A stretch of 64,000 nt of DNA from Eledone cirrhosa (lineage: Eukaryota). Within the stretch, counting starts at the first letter, position 1; the number at the start of each line of letters is the position of its first letter. The position numbers and the translations under genes are program-made. The notes beneath the pieces are model-generated. The model saw nothing but the letters and a program-made list of their open reading frames with translations, was not told where the DNA came from and did no database searches. Where the stretch lies: positions 302,994,001-303,058,000 of the forward strand of contig OZ024741.1 of assembly GCA_964016885.1 (NCBI GenBank). Reading direction: 5' to 3'. Positions 39,433 to 53,100 of the stretch are shown piece after piece.

Positions 39433-39820
39433 CATGTGTGGATGTGTGTGTGGGGGTGTATATGTGTGTGTGTATGTGCTTACTTGCAGCAGGTCTGCTA
39501 TCAACATGCCACCTAACCACGGTGGCATATCAAAAACATTACAAGTTAACACCTGTCTGATGAAAACACTTCAAAATGTCATTATGCAATCACATTGATG
39601 TCTTTGAAATACGCATAACAGGATTATATAGTAAACAGAGGACGTATACTTAAATCCGTCTCCCTCCTTTATAATATTGACACTCCGACTGATAGCTTAT
39701 TGATAATGCATCAAGGGAACTAAGTCGTGGAGTGCTTTACGTCTTTTTACACCACAGACGGTCCATTAATTGATCAACCAACGTTTCTTCACCTGTATAA
39801 TATTATATATATTTATATAA

Positions 39821-39990
39821 TAGTAGAACACTGGAGGGTTATATCCGTAGTAGTAGAGCACTCAGTCCATGGGACGAGTTTGGTAGAAGTAGTTCCACAA
39901 CAGTTAGTTCACCAGACCGAGCTGAGGATCCGCATAAGGTCAAACATTTGTTCTCGGTATGGTGAACTAACTATTGTGGAACTACTTCTA
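39821..39990 (+). mobile_element. Fold-back mini-element, family B (copy 2)
   Basis: Same tail as 10091; ~38 bp arms enclose a decayed CTGAGGA...(g>c)AAAC core. Confidence 0.8.
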
Positions 39991-40356
39991 TATATATACA
40001 TATATATATATATAAACGAATAAAAAACGGAGGTTATAGACGGTCAGTAGACCTGATACAAAAAGAAGCTAAACCTCCCTTAAATCATACATTGAACAGA
40101 ACTACACACTCAATCCTTCTGTGTTTCTAGCAAAAAAGACGTTTCATTCGGCGCAACGTAGTCGATTTTGAAAGAGAGGAAAGAAGGAGAAGAATTGGCT
40201 TCAATTCTTGAAGAATGATAGGTGAAGTTGAATTCGGTGGGATCTGAATTCAGAGAGTGGTGAGCCGGATTAAATGCCACAATCATTCCATCCAACGCTC
40301 TGACGACTCATACAATTCACCCCTTTCATCCTGAGTATGATATGCCTGAAAATAAG

Positions 40357-40398
40357 ATGGGATCATGGGATCATGGGATCATGGGATCATGGGATCAT
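40357..40398. repeat. (ATGGGATC)5 minisatellite
   Basis: Directly visible. Confidence 0.9.
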
Positions 40399-41502
40399 CA
40401 TGTCAGGAATACATCTGATCACGTTTATATTCTCCCACGAAATTTCCTTAACCAACACATCGTACCTGTCAAAGATGTTACTAATGATCAAATCATCCAT
40501 CGATCTGATGGCCCTAAAAAGGAAGGAAGGAAACACGAATATACAAAATGGCAGGGTGGTCACGGATTTAACATGTTTGATCATATCTCTGCTTGAGTGG
40601 ATCTGACCACCGACTATCTCGATGAATTATAGATTTGCTTGATCAAAGTTGACTTGAGGCTGCATACCAACGTACGCCTCCTAACGCCATTGTACCGAGT
40701 AGCCCTACATACCTAAACCAAAGCATTGTCTTATTTTCCAGCTAATGAATGAATTCTCAGAAATAAAAATGATCTTACTTAAGGATCCCCAAACTTTTTA
40801 GATCTACTACTCCTTCATGACATTCCTTGGTCCGTCATCGATCCCAGACATGTACAAAAATAAACAAGTAAAGAACCAGTAGACAGAACATAAAATAAAT
40901 AGACAAGAAAGGCTAAAAGATATATAAGTCAGAACACCTGCATAAGCATATTTTGTTTATTTTCGTTTCTTATACAAACGTTCAATTCGCCCTTTGGTCA
41001 GTCCCATCGACCTCTGATCTAAAATTTTCAACTATTAACATCCTGTACCACAGGAAATCACATTAGCAACAGATAATTGAAAAGAAGAAAGAAGCACCAT
41101 GATTGCGTCACATTAAAAATTAAAGCCTTTAGTCTCATACTGAAAATTTTCCAAAGTATCTGTCCAATAGTAAAGATGCTATAAACATTTTAACTAACAA
41201 AGCTGTCTTCAGGTATTTTCTGGTAAATCATTATAAAATATTAGAAGTTAAACGAATTTGAGAGAGACAAAAGAAACACTCACAGGCGGAACCTAAACCA
41301 TATATTCCATTCCCAGCAAGTGATAGATGCGTTGTCCGGCTCCCATTAACAGATTAGCCACTCTCCTATGCCTGAAATTGCTTTTGTTTATAATGTCTAA
41401 TAGTTTTCCAGATCTATATTGATTCAACTATAAACGTTGGTAAATATTGGCTTTGACTCTTGTCAAAAAGTAGTCACACTCACTCATTATAAGTGTGTGT
41501 GC

Positions 41503-41549
<47 letters not shown>

Positions 41550-41551
41550 AC

Positions 41552-41582
<31 letters not shown>

Positions 41583-41874
41583 TGTATGTATGTATGTATG
41601 TATGTATGTATGTATGTATGTATGTATGTATGTGTGTATGTAGAAAATATCCGTAAGTGTGAAAAGAATTAATGAAAACGGTGCTCAATCTTGAAGAGAG
41701 TTTATATATTATATTGTTTATAAACTCGTCTAAGGGACTGAAGATTAGGTTACACTATTGATCCCTTTTTCATTCCGGAGTATTGGGCCTTGAAACATTA
41801 GGTAGCGCTTTTGTTCCGTGTATCAACGTAAATAATATAATATAATATAGTATAATGTAATATAATATAATATA

Positions 41875-42152
41875 ATTGTTTCTACTTTTGGCACAAGGCC
41901 AGCAATTATCCCAGTGTATTACTGGTACTTTATTTTATCGACCCTGTAAGGATGAAATGTAAAGTTAACCTCGGCGGGATTTGAACACAGACTATAAAGG
42001 GACGTAACTCTATGTTGCAAGGCATGGTGTCTGACCCTCTACCGATACTGCCAATCCTTGGCGGGATTTGAACTCAGAACGTAAAGGGACGTAACTCTAT
42101 GCTAGAAAGCATGGCGTTCGACCCTCTACCGATACTGCCAACCCACCGCCCT
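41875..42152 (-). mobile_element. tRNA-derived SINE with a duplicated head
   Basis: ggcgggatttgaac...ccctctaccgatactgccaa occurs twice (41973-42054 and 42060-42142). Confidence 0.85.
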
Positions 42153-42756
42153 TATATAATAATATATAATATAATATAAAATATATATATATATAATTAT
42201 AATATTTCCTTTGTTTAACACTTCGAATCTACCCGCCAAAACCGAGGGTTGCTTCCCTTGTTGGAAATAACACGTGATAACTAAATGTACGATCAGCTCG
42301 CTCATAGCGGCAGCATTTAGAATCCACCTCGCTTTTGGACAGAACGGAACTCCTGCTGATGAAATGAATCCTCTGTTCGTCATGGAATACCACGAGCGTG
42401 TCTGTTACGTAAGTCGGATATTTGATTTCGGATTTCACAGAAACACTTTAAACGTATATCGTTTAATTTGTCCAGGTGTATCTTTTTTAACCTGTTAGTT
42501 TTTTCGTTGCTTTGGTATTGTGTGTTAGGTTTTGCCTACCACAATGTTCAATTTGTCAAGCTATTTAAACGTATGTTGTTACTCTAAGGACCTACCCTTA
42601 CTGAGTGCTTTGCTAACTCATTCATATTGTAGGTCGACTTTGCTTGCCCACAGCCAAAGCTTCGATTTTACTAAGCTTCCACATGTATATATATATATAT
42701 ATATATATAAGGCCCAAGTCCGAGCATGTGTAGGGTATCGGTCACGAATGACATGC

Positions 42757-43062
42757 AATTTGCTTTGCAGCTAGAAAGTTTCCCTTTCCAAGCAATGAGG
42801 ACAAAGTGTTTTTGTGGAAGACCCTCTGTCGCTTATGTATACCAGTCTCCCCTCTCCACGCCATGTTGTCCAAAGGAAAGGCAAAGGCCGACGCAACTTG
42901 GCACCAGTGACGTCAAGATTCATTTCTACAGCTGAGTGAACTATAGGAACGTGAAATAAATTGCCTTGTTCAAGAACACAATGCATCGTTCCGTCCGGGA
43001 ATCGAACTCACAACTACACGATAGGGACTCGACGCTCTAGCCACTAACCCACGGTCTTTGGC
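42757..43062 (-). mobile_element. CORE-type tRNA-derived SINE
   Basis: Homologous to 36287-36640. Confidence 0.8.
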
Positions 43063-43092
43063 ATACACACACACACACAGACACACACACAC

Positions 43093-43138
<46 letters not shown>

Positions 43139-43140
<2 letters not shown>

Positions 43141-43332
43141 CAAAGGAATTGTGGTAAGGAACCAGATGGACCATAACGCACCAACCAGAGTACTCAATAT
43201 TAGGGTAGTAGAGTGAGAAATAGGAAAAAGTATGACCCGGACGGCAGAGCTCAAGTCGTTTCGACGGCTATTTCTGGACTCAGAAATAGCCGTCGAAACG
43301 GCTTGAGCTCTGCCGTCGGGGTCATACTTTTT

Positions 43333-43336
<4 letters not shown>
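43139..43336 (+). mobile_element. Fold-back mini-element, family A (copy 5)
   Basis: Tail, then arms ~43220-43276 / 43281-43337; (TA)n on both sides. Confidence 0.85.
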
Positions 43337-43407
<71 letters not shown>

Positions 43408-43571
43408 ATATATATATATACATACATATATATACATATATATATATACATATATATACACATATATATACATATATATATACATATATATATATCTGTG
43501 TGTGTATCTGTGTGTTTACATATATAAACACATTTATATAAAACTTGTTTTTATGCACATGTATTTATATG

Positions 43572-43602
<31 letters not shown>

Positions 43603-43944
43603 ATGTATGTATAAGTACGTGTGTGTGTCTATGCGTGTACGTATGTGTGTGTGTGAGCGTGTGTATATATGTGCATGTGTATACACATAGTGAGTGAGAT
43701 TGAGTGAGAAACATGTGGAGGTGGAAGCAAGAAAATGCAAAATGCCACTTATCGCTAAAGACAACAAAAAGCATTGGAAGAAAAATACAAAAATAAAAAA
43801 TGACAAACCCCCCAGAAAAACAGAACAGCCATTTATAACTACAGTTAAGCAAAACACCCATTAACGAATATGAAACAATAACTACTTCAACAACAACAAC
43901 ACATACGACTGTGCAAGAACAACTGCTATTATTACTACAATTGC

Positions 43945-45755
43945 AGGGCGGTGGATTGGCAGTATCCGTAGAGGGTCGGACGCCATGCTTTGCAGCAAAG
44001 AGTTACGGCTCTTTCTGATCTGAGTTCAAATCCCGCCGAGGTTAACTTTGCCTTTCATCCTTACGGGGTCGAAAAATAAAGTACCAGTCACGCACTGGAG
44101 TCAATTTAATCGACTTTCCTCTCCTCCCAAATTGTTGGCCTTGGGCCTATATAAGAAAGCATTATTACTACAATTGCATAAGGCTGGTGGATAGGCAGAG
44201 TTGTTAGAGCGTCGAACAAATTAAAAGCAGTATTTGTTCTGGCCCTAACTTCCTCCGAGGTTAGCTTTTCCTTTCATCCTTACGGGGTCGATAAAATAAA
44301 GTACCAGTAACGACTTTCCTCTATCCCCAAATTGTTGGCCTTGTGCCTAAAGTAGAAATCATTATTAAAAAGGGCGGTGGATTGGCAGTATCGGTAGAGG
44401 GTCGGACATGCTTTCCAGCATAGTTACTTCCCTTTACGATCTGAGTTCAAATCCCGCCGAGGTTAACTTTGCCTTTAATCCTTACGGGGTCGATAAAATA
44501 AAGTACCAGTATTGTACTGGGTAATTGCTGGCCTTGTTCCAAAAGTAGAAACAATTATTATAAAGGGTGCTGAATTGGCAGTGTCGATAGAGCATCGGGC
44601 ATCGGACACCATGCTTTGCGGCGTAGATCATACCCCTTTACGTATTGAGTTCAAATCCCGCTTTTCATCCTTACGGGGTCAATAAAATAAAGCACCAGTA
44701 ATGCACTGGGGTCGATTTAATCGACTTTCCCCTCTCCCCAAATTGCTGGCCTTGTGGCTATAGGGGGAAACCATTATTACTATAATTCCATAAGGCTAAT
44801 GGAAGGGCAGAATCGTTAGAGCTGAGTTCAAATCCCACCCAGATTAGCTTTGCTGTTCATCTTTCCGAGGTCGATAAAATAAAGTACCAGTAACGCACTG
44901 GCGTCGATTAAATGCCCCGCCCCCCCCCAAAAAAAAATTACCGGCATTATGCCTATTATTGCTACACTTGCAGAGGGAGGTGGATTGGCAGAATCTGTAG
45001 GGCACCGGACAACATGCTGTGTGACATAGAGCTAAAGCCTTTTACGTTCTGAGTTCAAATACCGCCGATGTTAGCTTTACCTTTCATCCTTCCGAGGTCG
45101 ATACCAGTTAAGTAATCTCTCCGCAAAAAAAAAAAAAAAAAATCTTGGCCTTAAATGCAGTGAATTGTCAGAATCGTTAGAGCGTCGAATAAAATCCTTT
45201 GCGGCATTTGTTCCGGCTCTTTACGTTCAAATCTCGCCGAGTTGAAGTTTGTCTTTCATTCTTACAGAGTCGATAAAACACTACAAGCTATTTTGTCCAG
45301 TGTTTCATCTATTGCTCTCATTCTAACAAACAAAGGGCAGTGGATTGGCAGTGTCGGTAGAGCTGTATATAGTTAATGCCTTTTGCGTTTTGAGATCGAA
45401 TCTCGCTGAGGTTAGCTTTGCCTTTTATCCTTACGGGGTCGATAACATAAAGCACCAGTGATGCACTGGGGTCGATTTAATTGACTTTCCGTTTCCCCAA
45501 AATTATTGGTCTTGTTTCTAAATCAGAAACCATTATAACAAACAAACAAGATGTAAGCCAATGTCATGAATTTGGTATAAGTGTTGCTGAGGGTGGTGGG
45601 CTGGCAGTATGGGTAGAGCGTCGGACAACATGATTTGCAGTATATAGTTACGGCACTTTATTTACTGAGTTCAAATCCTATCGAGATTCGCCTTGCCTTT
45701 CATCCTTACGGGATCGATAAAATACAACACCAGTAATTTACTGGGGTAGATTTGA
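43945..45755 (+). mobile_element. Head-to-tail array of ~9 tRNA-derived SINEs
   Basis: Heads at ~43945, 44161, 44371, 44564, 44793, 44974, 45155, 45335 and 45590, each with a version of gagttcaaatccc..ctttcatccttacggggtcgataaaataaagtaccag (resembles the Meta-SINE central domain). Confidence 0.9.
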
Positions 45756-46399
45756 TTGTGAGGTTGTGAGTTCAATCGTGAGGTTGCGAGTTCGACCGGA
45801 CCGGGCGATGCTTTCTTCTTGAGGAACACACTTTAATTCCCGTTGCTCTTTCTGCTAGTAACTGCGATCGGTAGATAATATCAGCAGTGGAAATACTAAT
45901 GGAAACATTGTTTCCTTGGTCTGATTTGGCGAGTTCCACCCTACTCGGTAAGCGACTGAAGTCTGGGATCTTGTCGATCGTTTAAAAGAAAAAAAGAAAA
46001 GTATTGAATGCCATATGCAAAAATATTTTCAATTAATCGAAAATTCTTCTTTAATTGGAGAAAGAAAATACTTAGCTACCTCAAAAGAAAACGGGCATAA
46101 CGTACCAACAACAATAGGATTTGATTTGTTAAAAGGTCATCTCGTAACTAGAATATCTTGTATTTATTGTTACTGTTGTTTGAATATAGGAACAGGGATT
46201 ATCAATTTAATCGCCTCCAGTAATTGACTCCAGAAAGATGCAAAAGAAATTCGACCTCAGCACGAATCGAACTCAAGAATACAAAGAGATGTAACTAAAT
46301 TACCACAAATCATCTATTTTTTAAAACCATCATTTACCAACTTCGCCATCGGAACGGTGGGCATTATATCGATTCTAATACATTATGATTAGAATCTTT

Positions 46400-46590
46400 A
46401 ATCTAGGTACAAGGCCAGTGATTTGGTAAAAAGGAAAGTTGATTATAACAATTTCAGTACATTAATAGTAATCTATTTTATCAACCCCAGGAGGATGAAA
46501 TGCAAAGTTGAATATGGCTAGATATGAACTCAGAACGTAAAAAGTATTCTGTCCAGTGCTCTAACGATACTTCTAATCCGCCGCTGGCAT
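46400..46590 (-). mobile_element. Decayed tRNA-derived SINE
   Basis: ggtacaaggccag..ttttatcaacccc..aggatgaaa..gaactcagaacgtaaa. Confidence 0.65.
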
Positions 46591-47677
46591 TCTACCGATT
46601 CTAATAATAATAAATATAAATGCTAAACAACAGCAGTTAACACAGTAACACCAACAACAACATAAGCAAACAAGAACAGCTAGAAAAACAATAGCACCAT
46701 TAGCTGGGGAAAAATAAATACGGAGGGATGGTAAAGTGAAATGATGAGAGAACGGCAAATAAAAATACCCAGCTGAAGGAAGTAAATAAAAGAAGAAAAA
46801 AAATAGGAAAGTAAATTGAGGAAAAGGTAGCGAAGGTGAAGTAGAGAAAGAGAAAGTAGAGAAGGAGACGGTAGAGAAGGAGAAAATAGAAGAGATGGTT
46901 GAGAGCAACACAAGCTGCAGATGCAACTATCACAACACGTACAATGATAGCAACAGCGAAGGTAAGAAGGCAAACCAGAGTTAAATATTGACATTTAAAC
47001 CAAGAACAACAGGAGTTGAAAATGAGTACTAGCAATAGCTGGGTGTTTACCCCTTCGGACTACTAGCGTCCTATCCAGAGGGAAACCATGTACTCTCAGT
47101 CGCTTCACATCACGAAACCGGAATAAACACCGACTTAACGAACCTCCTGGCTTGAGACATACTTTAGGCAAGACTAGTATCTAAATGGAAAATATAAATT
47201 TGATTCAATCATCCACCCAGCCAACCAACCAATCAACTAAACAATCAGTCAGTCAATGAAGTTCCAGCAACTGGTTCAGTCAGTCGTTAGGGTGGCATGT
47301 TAGTGGGCCTACGAAATGCCCAGCGGCACCCATCTCCTCTCCAAGCGTCCAGTGCCTTACTAAGTTTAACCTGATTGAAGAAGCAGTTACTTGTGTATGG
47401 CTGAAAAATGTTTCGGAGCCAAAGCTGATGGCACCCAAATGACAGGCTTTACCAATTGCAGAAACATGATTGATTGATGGTATTTGATCAACTCGGAACG
47501 TAAATACCGCAAGGCATCATGACCAAGGCTCTAACAATCCGGCCAATCGACATGACTGGCCTGGTAGTACTCTGGAAGGATACAAGTCAAAGTTGAACCC
47601 AGATGGATTTGAACGCAGAATGCAAAGAGCCGGATAAAATAGCACTTGTATATATACATATATACATATATATATAT

Positions 47678-47738
47678 AATAACAGATTAAAGTTTAAGCG
47701 AAGAATCGCTGCTTTCACCCTTAAACTTTAGTCCGTTA

Positions 47739-47788
<50 letters not shown>

Positions 47789-47884
47789 TAACAGATTAAA
47801 GTTTAAGGGTGAAAGCAGCGATTCTTCGCTTAAACTTTAATCTGTTATTTTAATAAATATTTGCTCTAGGGTTCTTATATATTT

Positions 47885-47885
<1 letters not shown>
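47678..47885. mobile_element. Nested double fold-back, family C
   Basis: 47678-47742 and 47783-47850 are reverse complements around a (TA)n spacer, and each is itself a hairpin. Confidence 0.85.
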
Positions 47886-47964
<79 letters not shown>

Positions 47965-48027
47965 TTTGTGCAGATATAATAATTATATGATTGCATTTAG
48001 ATTTGCGTGTAAATATATATATGTATA

Positions 48028-48067
<40 letters not shown>

Positions 48068-48205
48068 TACAAACACATACATACTTATACGCAGCCAAAT
48101 ATATATATACTACATGTATGTATACCCTCTTTCTGCTATTTCAAGCGTTAACCTAATATATTCCTTCCATATAATGTACTGATTGTGTTGTTATTTCTGT
48201 TTCCC

Positions 48206-48705
<500 letters not shown>

Positions 48706-49251
48706 AATAAAGTAGGATTTGATGAAGGTTTAACTAAGCCTAACTATATATTGGCAGTATGTAAATGTGACGCAATACAAACCTCAAAGGAGCATTCTTC
48801 CTGATTTGTAATATATTTTTTCTTAATCCTATGATGAAAAAGATTTAATTCGTGTCATCTGGCGAGGTATTAGTGTTAATCCTTTCTTCAGACGACTGGA
48901 GAGCTGCTAAACAAAGACTAATTGACATACGGTTTTAATTAGGTCCACAGACCTTAAGAAAGATAGGTTATGGCTCGCTAAATAACAGTGAAGCCAATCC
49001 ATGAAACTTGTTTTCATTACGACACGTCACATCATATTATATATGCTGTGAACTTTTGCAACAGACTCATTAGGCACAGACATATATATATATGTATACA
49101 AACATACTTACATACATACATACACACGTGCACATATCTACACACACACACATACATACACATATACACGGCACATATCTACACACACACATACATACAC
49201 ATACACACGTGCACATATCTACACACACACACACATACACACACACACACG

Positions 49252-49313
<62 letters not shown>

Positions 49314-49314
49314 G

Positions 49315-49540
49315 AAGGCGTGTGGCTGAGTGGTTAGAGAATTGGATTCACAATCGTAAGGTTGTGAGTTCGATTCCTGGACCAGGCGATGCGTTATGTC
49401 CTTGAGCAAGAGCAAGACACTTTATTTCACGTTGCTCCTTCTACCTGGAGTTGCGACCGATAGATAGTATTAGCAATTGGAAAGACCAACGGAAACTTTG
49501 TTCCCTCGGTCCGATTTGACGAAAGTCGATCGTCTTTCTA
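49315..49540 (+). mobile_element. CORE-type tRNA-derived SINE
   Basis: A box tggctgagtgg, B box gagttcgattcc, gtccttgagcaag..acactttatttcac; related copy at ~45760-45980. Confidence 0.8.
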
Positions 49541-50334
49541 TATATATATATATATATTATAGTTAAAACAGAAAACAAAAAAACAAAAACAGAGCGAAGA
49601 GGCAGTACAAAGTGTTAATATTAGGTTCAAGCTTGAGAATGGGGTGGGGGTGGAGGACATATATATATATTCAGAACTTCTGTATATATTATGACACTAC
49701 GGGTGTGCACCAGGAAATTCTAGGCGCATGCGTAGTCACGATCATTTATTTTTTGCGCGTGATACCAGAAGTTGGCACATCATATGCAAGTTTCCCTCCC
49801 ACACCACTAATGTTATCCAAATAAAAGGGTCTATTGAGCTTGACCCCAGTGTGTGGTCGTATGCATCGCCGTCAGTACCTTGTCTAACTTTAAAATTGTA
49901 CTAATCCACTGTCCTATGTGCCGGACAGTGTGATCGAACACAAAATAACGTAGTTACAAAGTGAACTTCTTAACCATACAGATATATCTGCCTCCAAATA
50001 CACACATATATACATACTCTCACCTTTTCTTGTAGACAACTTGCATTATATATTAACCCCATCGAAAAGTAACGAGACTTCATTACTAAAATTTCTATAG
50101 ACTTCAGAATTAAATTTGGGTGATCCAAGTGGAATATTTTGGATGGCAAAACGTAGAAATCCCTGTCTCACAGAATTAAGCATCAATGATTTACATTTGG
50201 AGGTCTATGAATATCTTAGAAAGAAAGGGAATGTAAGGCAAGGTGGACCCATTAATATGCATGCATGCATGGTCCCGTAACTTCTGAATGAATTGTAGGG
50301 GCACCATATTGAAATACGGCGTTTCTTGGCCATT

Positions 50335-50598
50335 TTAAAACCTGGCAGAGCCCATCCTTCTCCTGGTCTGAATGAAACAGATTTCTTCAAGAGAAAGATA
50401 GAGAAAGACATAATGGAAGTGCAAAGGAGATATAGAATAAGAATCGACCCGAGTACTAGGCTGGTGCTTTTTTATCGACCTCGAAAGGATGAAAGGTAAA
50501 GTTGACCTTGGCGGGATTTGAACGCAGCGAGCAGAGAGCCGAAACGAATATCGCAAAGCATTTTAACCGACGTTCTGACGACTCTGCCTATTCGCCAC
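50335..50598 (-). mobile_element. tRNA-derived SINE with extended tail
   Basis: ttttatcgacctcgaaaggatgaaaggtaaagttgacc core; tail shared with 10660-10730. Confidence 0.7.
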
Positions 50599-50642
50599 TT
50601 TCCTCATTAATACAGAGAGGCTGAAAAATAAATACTCTAGGT

Positions 50643-50930
50643 GAGTCATGGGCAACCTGCGGCCCACGAAGCTTTCTGAATGGCTCGCCTAAGTCACCTA
50701 AGTGAAATCTTTCTGATTTTTTACCCCAACTTTTCAGTCGTAATTTATCTTTCTATGGTTTTTATGATCGAGGAAAACAACGTGTACGAATTCTGAAGAA
50801 ACAAATCAAACAACCTGAGTTACTACCCCTTTTTTTTAATGTGGGCGCGAATGTAAATTAGCGCTTGCGGCCCGCCTGGCTGAGACATATCTCACGCGGC
50901 CCGCTTCTCGAAAAAGGTTGCCCATGCCTG
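50643..50930. mobile_element. hAT (Charlie-like) MITE
   Basis: TIR ..catgggcaacct / aggttgcccatgcctg; 8 bp TSD-like ctctaggt/ctttagat; gcggccc subterminal motifs. Confidence 0.8.
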
Positions 50931-51384
50931 CTTTAGATAGTAAAGAAAATATTGTGATCATAACTTTCAGCCTACAACCACCATACCATCCACAAAATCT
51001 ATGCAGTGCCTATGCTGACATCTACATTTGGACTTCTGAATACAACAGGATGGATATAAGAACTCGCAAAATGGTCAGTGATATCTTTGCCTGTCCGTCT
51101 GTCTGCCTGTGTGTCTGTCTGCCTGTGTGTCTGCCTGTCCGTATGTCTGTAAGTTTGTTTATCTGTCTGTCTCTCTGTCTGTCGACGGAGGTAGACGTGT
51201 ATTATCGAGCTCTGTGTTTTACGTTGGTTTTACCTTGTAAAGAGTGAGTTTTTGGATTTATTTTTCTATTGTGATATACTTTAACCCCTCGTTTGGGCCT
51301 GCAGACGTTGGGGTTATTATTATTTTCGCCCCTTTTTTGGGTGAAAGTTTTCTTCTTACAATTTTGTGAACTCAGCTTGTAGTA

Positions 51385-52750
51385 ATGGACGACATTAATA
51401 CAAGTCATGGTGCCACGCTCCCCAAAGAAAAAAAAAATCTTCGAGGAAAAATGAAAGCACTAAGTGCCCAGCTCCCCCCCCCTTCCTTTAACGGAAAACG
51501 TTAATAAGGAACAACAGACAACAACCGAAAAGACAAAAATTGGAAATAATACCAGCAACGGAAAAATTATCGATACCAATACGAACACCAAAGTGAACAG
51601 CGACAACAACAACAATAACAAGAAAGACAGCGACAACAAAATTTCCTTTGCGGAAACTGTAAAAAAAACACAAGTATTCCTACTTTTGGATTTAACCAAC
51701 GCAAAGCAAAAGTTGGAAGAAGCAAAAAGGTATGTGACTTTCGAACCCGATGGTTCATTCAGCATTAATTTCCCAGAAGAAATAAAAAGAGAAATTGCCA
51801 CGAGCACGGTGGTGTTCAGGACAATCTAGAATGCTACAAAAAAACCAGTACAACCGTCTCAGAGTGAGATAGAGCTGGTTTTAAGGAACCAAATGGAAAT
51901 CATTTTGTTTATTCAAAAAGGCAAACTCTTCGGTAGCATCTCGGTGCTTATGAAGGATCAAGAAACGGCGCAAAAACATTCTATTGCGCCCATTGTATCC
52001 ACCCACTTCATCTTTTTTCCCGTCTTACATGGGAAGAAGGTCTCAAAAAATAAAATTCAATTGCATAAGGCCCAAAGTAGACACTTGGTGGCTACTTTGT
52101 GACGTTTTAGACCTTGACCAAGACATTGTAATCTCGGTTGGAAAGTCCCCCAGAGAGGTCTTTAGTGGGACCAGCGTAGAACTTCTGGTGCAGATTAGCC
52201 CAGAAAGGATAGCGAAGATCCCACAGAGAATTCATTTAGATGGAGAGACCTACATAAATATTTCAGTTGAGGGTAGGCGACCCGCGTGTTACCACTGCGC
52301 AAGCAGAGGTCACCTGAGGGTTGCATGCCCTCAACTGATAAAAAAGAAACCATTATTACAAACGCCACAAACAATAACATCACCAACACCACCACAACCA
52401 CCACAACAACAACATCAACCACAACAGCTCAAGAAAACAACCCAAAACATGGACCCACCAAGCCCCTCCCCACAGAACACAAATACATAAACACACGCAG
52501 TGCAAACACAACCTGGTAATATACCCCTCCCCTCCAATACGGAAGAGGAGCTCATATCCTCGGAAGACGAGGGGGCTCCCTTCTAAAAAGTCAAAAGAAA
52601 AAAAACGTACACGCACCACACAAACAAAAATAACCCCACCTGACAACACAACACATACAACAAAACGCAAGCACACTCAAGAACAACAAACAAAAACAAA
52701 CACAACAACACAAAAACTCTACATAAACAAAAACAATACAAACTTAATAG
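51385..52750 (+). pseudogene. LINE ORF1 (gag-like, CCHC knuckle), disrupted
   Basis: ISFAETVKK, then ISVEGRRPACYHCASRGHLRVACP (CX2CX4HX4C); stops and frameshifts. Confidence 0.8.
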
Positions 52751-53100
52751 ACAAAATAAACAATAGCCCTTCGGTACAAACCGAAGAGCCGAATTTTACA
52801 ATGGCAACGGGACTCCCTAACCTGAAAATGGTGAATGTCCCACTTGACATTTTTAAAACATTGAAAAACATTTACCCTGAGGACGTGGGGCCACCCTGGA
52901 CCAGGCCACTCAACCGCGTCCTCCTGAAAGGTCCCCTCCTCCTCAAACACCCACACAATTCCAAACACCCCAACCCCTCCACACACTAATAAACACACAC
53001 ACAACCCCCCACCCAACAACCCCTCCACCACCTCCATGGAGACTGAACAGCCCGGACCCCGGGACGCAGAGAGGTAAGTGCCTCTTTCTTTACCACCAAC

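Noticed and set aside
43945-45755. CRISPR-like or tRNA gene array
   Set aside because: Units are ~200 bp diverged SINEs with no unique spacers, no cas genes and no complete cloverleaf.
49700-49770. gcgcatgcg (NRF1-like) promoter motif
   Set aside because: A single short motif with no linked gene or other support.
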